A stretch of DNA of 55,758 nucleotides, the filler included, from Platydemus manokwari (Eukaryota), in NCBI GenBank assembly GCA_037951405.1. It is 5 parts of 5 records of this genome, joined end to end, with 100 filler letters (N's around TTAATTAATTAA, not from the genome) between each part and the next. Parts side by side here need not be neighbours in the genome. Positions count along the whole stretch, not along the records: positions 46,352 to 55,758 come from JBBMOY011253874.1; 4 more parts are not named here. One strand, given 5' to 3'. Each line of letters opens with the position of its first letter. Within the stretch, counting starts at the first letter, position 1. Below, in pieces: positions 52,510-55,758 of the stretch. The position numbers and the translations under genes were made by a program. The notes beneath the pieces are model-generated. The model worked only from the letters and a program-made list of their open reading frames with translations. It was not told where the DNA came from and did not search any database.

Positions 52510-53095
52510 TCTCAGATCAAGATCAGATCAAGAAATATTCCAAAAGCTCTAATGTTAGAGTTAATTGAATCGGGACAGTAATACCCAGTGGAGTTCACAA
52601 TACCCCAACCCCCTGAATATAGCAATCTTAAACCAATACCGTTTATAGGGCCCAAATGTCCTATACAAGAAAATTCAGTCCCATTAATGAAGAGGAGTAA
52701 AAAGCTCTCACAATATTTTTCCACTCAAAATATATAATTGATCACAATAATAAATATTACCCATTTGTATATCCTTCAAAAGCAAGAGAAAAACCAAAGC
52801 AATAAGAATTATATAGCAGAAGTAAGAGTGAGAGATAAATTCAGAAAAAGCAAGCAAAAGAGTGATAGAGTTCACTAGAGGAAAAATTCTGATAGGATTC
52901 GACTTGAAAAAGAAATTTAGAGTTCTCTCAATACTTTTCGAGGAAATCATGGGAGTAGAGGATGTAGAAGGAGTGATAGCAATATAATAACACATGGAAA
53001 AAAATAACAATATCCCGAGAAAGAATTAATTAGCTGTTAATCACTTCAAATTAAAGCAGAATAAAATATAAAACAAAACATTTAAAAATTCATGT
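52510..53095 (-). pseudogene. Possible NUMT of a hydrophobic mitochondrial gene (nad2-like or cox3-like)
   Basis: Strongly T-rich minus strand with frameshifted hydrophobic frames. TGA falls where W is plausible (LLHPLLP-W-FP, SGKIL-W-ELLLLF). Gene identity is unresolved. Confidence 0.4.
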
Positions 53096-55758
53096 CAACC
53101 AGCTCAAAAGTTCTAAGGATCAGTTAAATTACGGGTCATTTAATTTAAAGCTATCGAATCGATTGTATTGGAATTGGATTGATTGGGATCTATTCGAACT
53201 TTGACTGAATGAGATTGGTTGTTTGAATTTGGAGCAAATTTTGAATTGTGAAATTGATTTTGTTTTGATTTTGTCGGAATCATCTTTGAAAACATGGTGG
53301 AGAATCAGATAATTCGAACAATTGTAACGATATGATATTGATAATAATCGTGAAATAACAATTGTATCAGTGTATATTTAGTAACAGTAGTTGTAGAATA
53401 ACAATTGTATAGATATAATTTTCATCTGCATGAATTAGTTTTTGTAAAATTTGCTTATGAATTGTAACTATTATTTTTATTTGGTTAAAAAATGTACCAA
53501 TTTATTTTGTAGAAACAATTTAAATTTATTCCTGACAAATTCCTAAACAATTATTTATAAAGAAATAATAATAATTGAAATAATAATTATTCGAAATATG
53601 TTTAAGATACGGTTAAAAATATATAAATATACTTATATTTTATAATAAAGAATTTACATGTCATGGCAATTTACAATGGAAAAAGTGTTCAAATTGATTT
53701 ATAGTCATAATTCCAAAATATTTTGCATAAGATTTTGGACTTGAAAAAGGAAATCTAAATAGATAGATATAGATAAATTTGGAATAGGTTTTAATAGAGC
53801 TATTTAAAACCAAATAAAGGGTGTTCAATATCTTAAAATTTTCAGTCAAATTAATATAAAACATCAATTAATTATCATGATATCGTTACATTTTACGAAC
53901 AATAATTGTCAAATAATGATGCTGGATTGGATTTTTGGAATCGAGGAATTGATTCGTATATATACGTTCCACTTGTTCTCTATGTTTTCCTTCTGTTATT
54001 GAATTCCTTTGCTTTAATCAATACATTGGCTGATTCAAATGCTCCTTACTTTTCTTAATTTATTCCTTTCTTTTATAGATTTCTTCCCTTTCCTAAAAAC
54101 TCTTGTGCATTTCTCTGTCTTTCATTATCGTCTTCAAATAGACTCTATTTGCTTAATGTGTCTCTATTTCAGAATTGTCACACTGTTGTTGCAAGTGGTC
54201 ACACCTCTGGGTATGTTTAGAATTTTCTGAATTCATGTTTTTGTCGTTTTGTTTATTAAACAAATAGGTTAATTGATGTTTGGGAGATTGATTTTATACA
54301 CTTTGCTGGTTCTGAGGGCTTCAACAACCGGTATGATGACCAAACTGTTGGAACAATAAGTTAACGTTAAATTAATAGTTGAGCAGAGAGGAAACTGAGT
54401 TCCTCTGGGCCTAGAAATATAATGATGCGGTTAGGAAACCTGATTTAAATAACATGTTATGTAATAATTGATGTCTCCTTGATGGATGATTATTAATGTT
54501 TACAATCCCAATTTCAATTGCAATATATTATAAATTTATATAATGATTAACAAAACCTGAATTTCGAAAATATTTATTTAAGAAATCGAAGTTAAACAAT
54601 TAATATTCGAAAACAACAAACAAATTAGTCAAATGTCTCGTACTTCGCTTCAACGATTAACAGGGAAATCCGTGCAATGGACAAAGAGATTTAGTTGACA
54701 AAGTAGGAGATTTAATTATCGACAGCAAATAAACGTTTTAACAATTAAATTATTATACGATAAATGATTAATTAAGTTATTAATTAATAAATGTGAGAGT
54801 AAATGAATGGAAAACTTTACAGCAAAAAAGACTCTTACTGTATCTCTTAAATTCCCGAACCAAATTAATCAGCTAGTTCCGAAAATGTTCCCGACAAATT
54901 TAACCAGTAGCTCCAAAAACGATTCCAAACAACTAATCCAACGATGATTCCGATAGTAGATCCAAAAATGACTTTTCCTCCGTTAAAAATCAATAAATAG
55001 CTTCCGAAAGTTATATTATATCTATGTTTCTCTGTAATGACTTTGTGGTGGCGGTCCCCGATCAGCGCTGGTATTTATATGCGTCTGATATTGTCCATTT
55101 TCTCTAACGCTTAGCCACCAATTTTTTCACACATTTTCTTAATTTAGTTTATTTTACAGCTTTGGCTTACTGATTTTTTTCACATAATTTATTTATGCAA
55201 TTATTTTCTCATGCCTTTTTTAATTGATCTAAACTGGCCTAATTTAACATTTTGTATTTTTATATTAATTATTTTCCTTTTAATTTTATTAATTATTATT
55301 TATTCATTTTATGTTATTTTATTATTATGCTACCATTTATTCGCTCTGCCGACTCCTCCCCCGCATTGTCCACTTCGTCCGCTTTCACAAATTTTACATC
55401 ACAATAAATAAAGCAATAATTTAATATCATATCAGAAATAATTATTAAAAGTTTAATACCATACACATATACAAAAGTTGCATTAAGTGTTTATTATCCT
55501 GACTAAAAACAGATGTCAAAAGCAGACAAGATTGCAATATCAAGTAAAATAATTGTTGTTGAACTGAACTGACTGAGGTGTTATCGGCCACTCTGTCCTC
55601 CTTGAGCACATTTTTCCTCCGGACAGTCTATAATCAGGGTTATTATCATTGTTACTGTTATCTATGCTGCGGTGTAAGTTGGGCTATGTGGTACTGTGCA
55701 CTAGGTTATGTTATATTACATGGGTTGTATCACCTGCAAGCAAGTTATTATATATATA

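Noticed and set aside
1-55758. CRISPR arrays, prokaryotic operons, rRNA, spliced-leader RNA, hammerhead ribozymes
   Set aside because: Eukaryotic intron-containing DNA with no repeat-spacer array. I recognised no SL sequence and saw no hammerhead fold around the CTGATGA hits (by eye only).

Overview
AT-rich eukaryotic (invertebrate) genomic DNA with GT-AG introns. The composition and the mitochondrial-like fragments are compatible with a planarian-type flatworm, but the taxon cannot be proven from this window. Four 100-nt assembly spacers (44N-TTAATTAATTAA-44N) divide it into five contigs. Recognisable genes are the 5' four exons of a CREB3L1/L2 (CrebA/OASIS-type) bZIP gene on the minus strand, an intronless 398-aa ORF with beta-propeller/NHL-like motifs, and the 3' three exons of an SLC2/GLUT sugar transporter. 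Transposon debris includes Merlin, pogo, three mariner copies, a hAT MITE, Gypsy pol and a possible Polinton polB end, and there are possible NUMTs. The main finding is an unannotated plus-strand gene at about 37.2-45.3 kb that the ORF track misses. It consists of at least 12 small internal exons (30-105 nt), all phase 1-1 and multiples of 3, plus a terminal exon. Spliced, they encode a single-pass membrane protein whose cytoplasmic tail is built from duplicated, rapidly diverging, freely skippable micro-exon cassettes, similar in architecture to schistosome micro-exon genes and to variable immune or allorecognition receptors. This model is inferred from splice signals only, with no transcript evidence.
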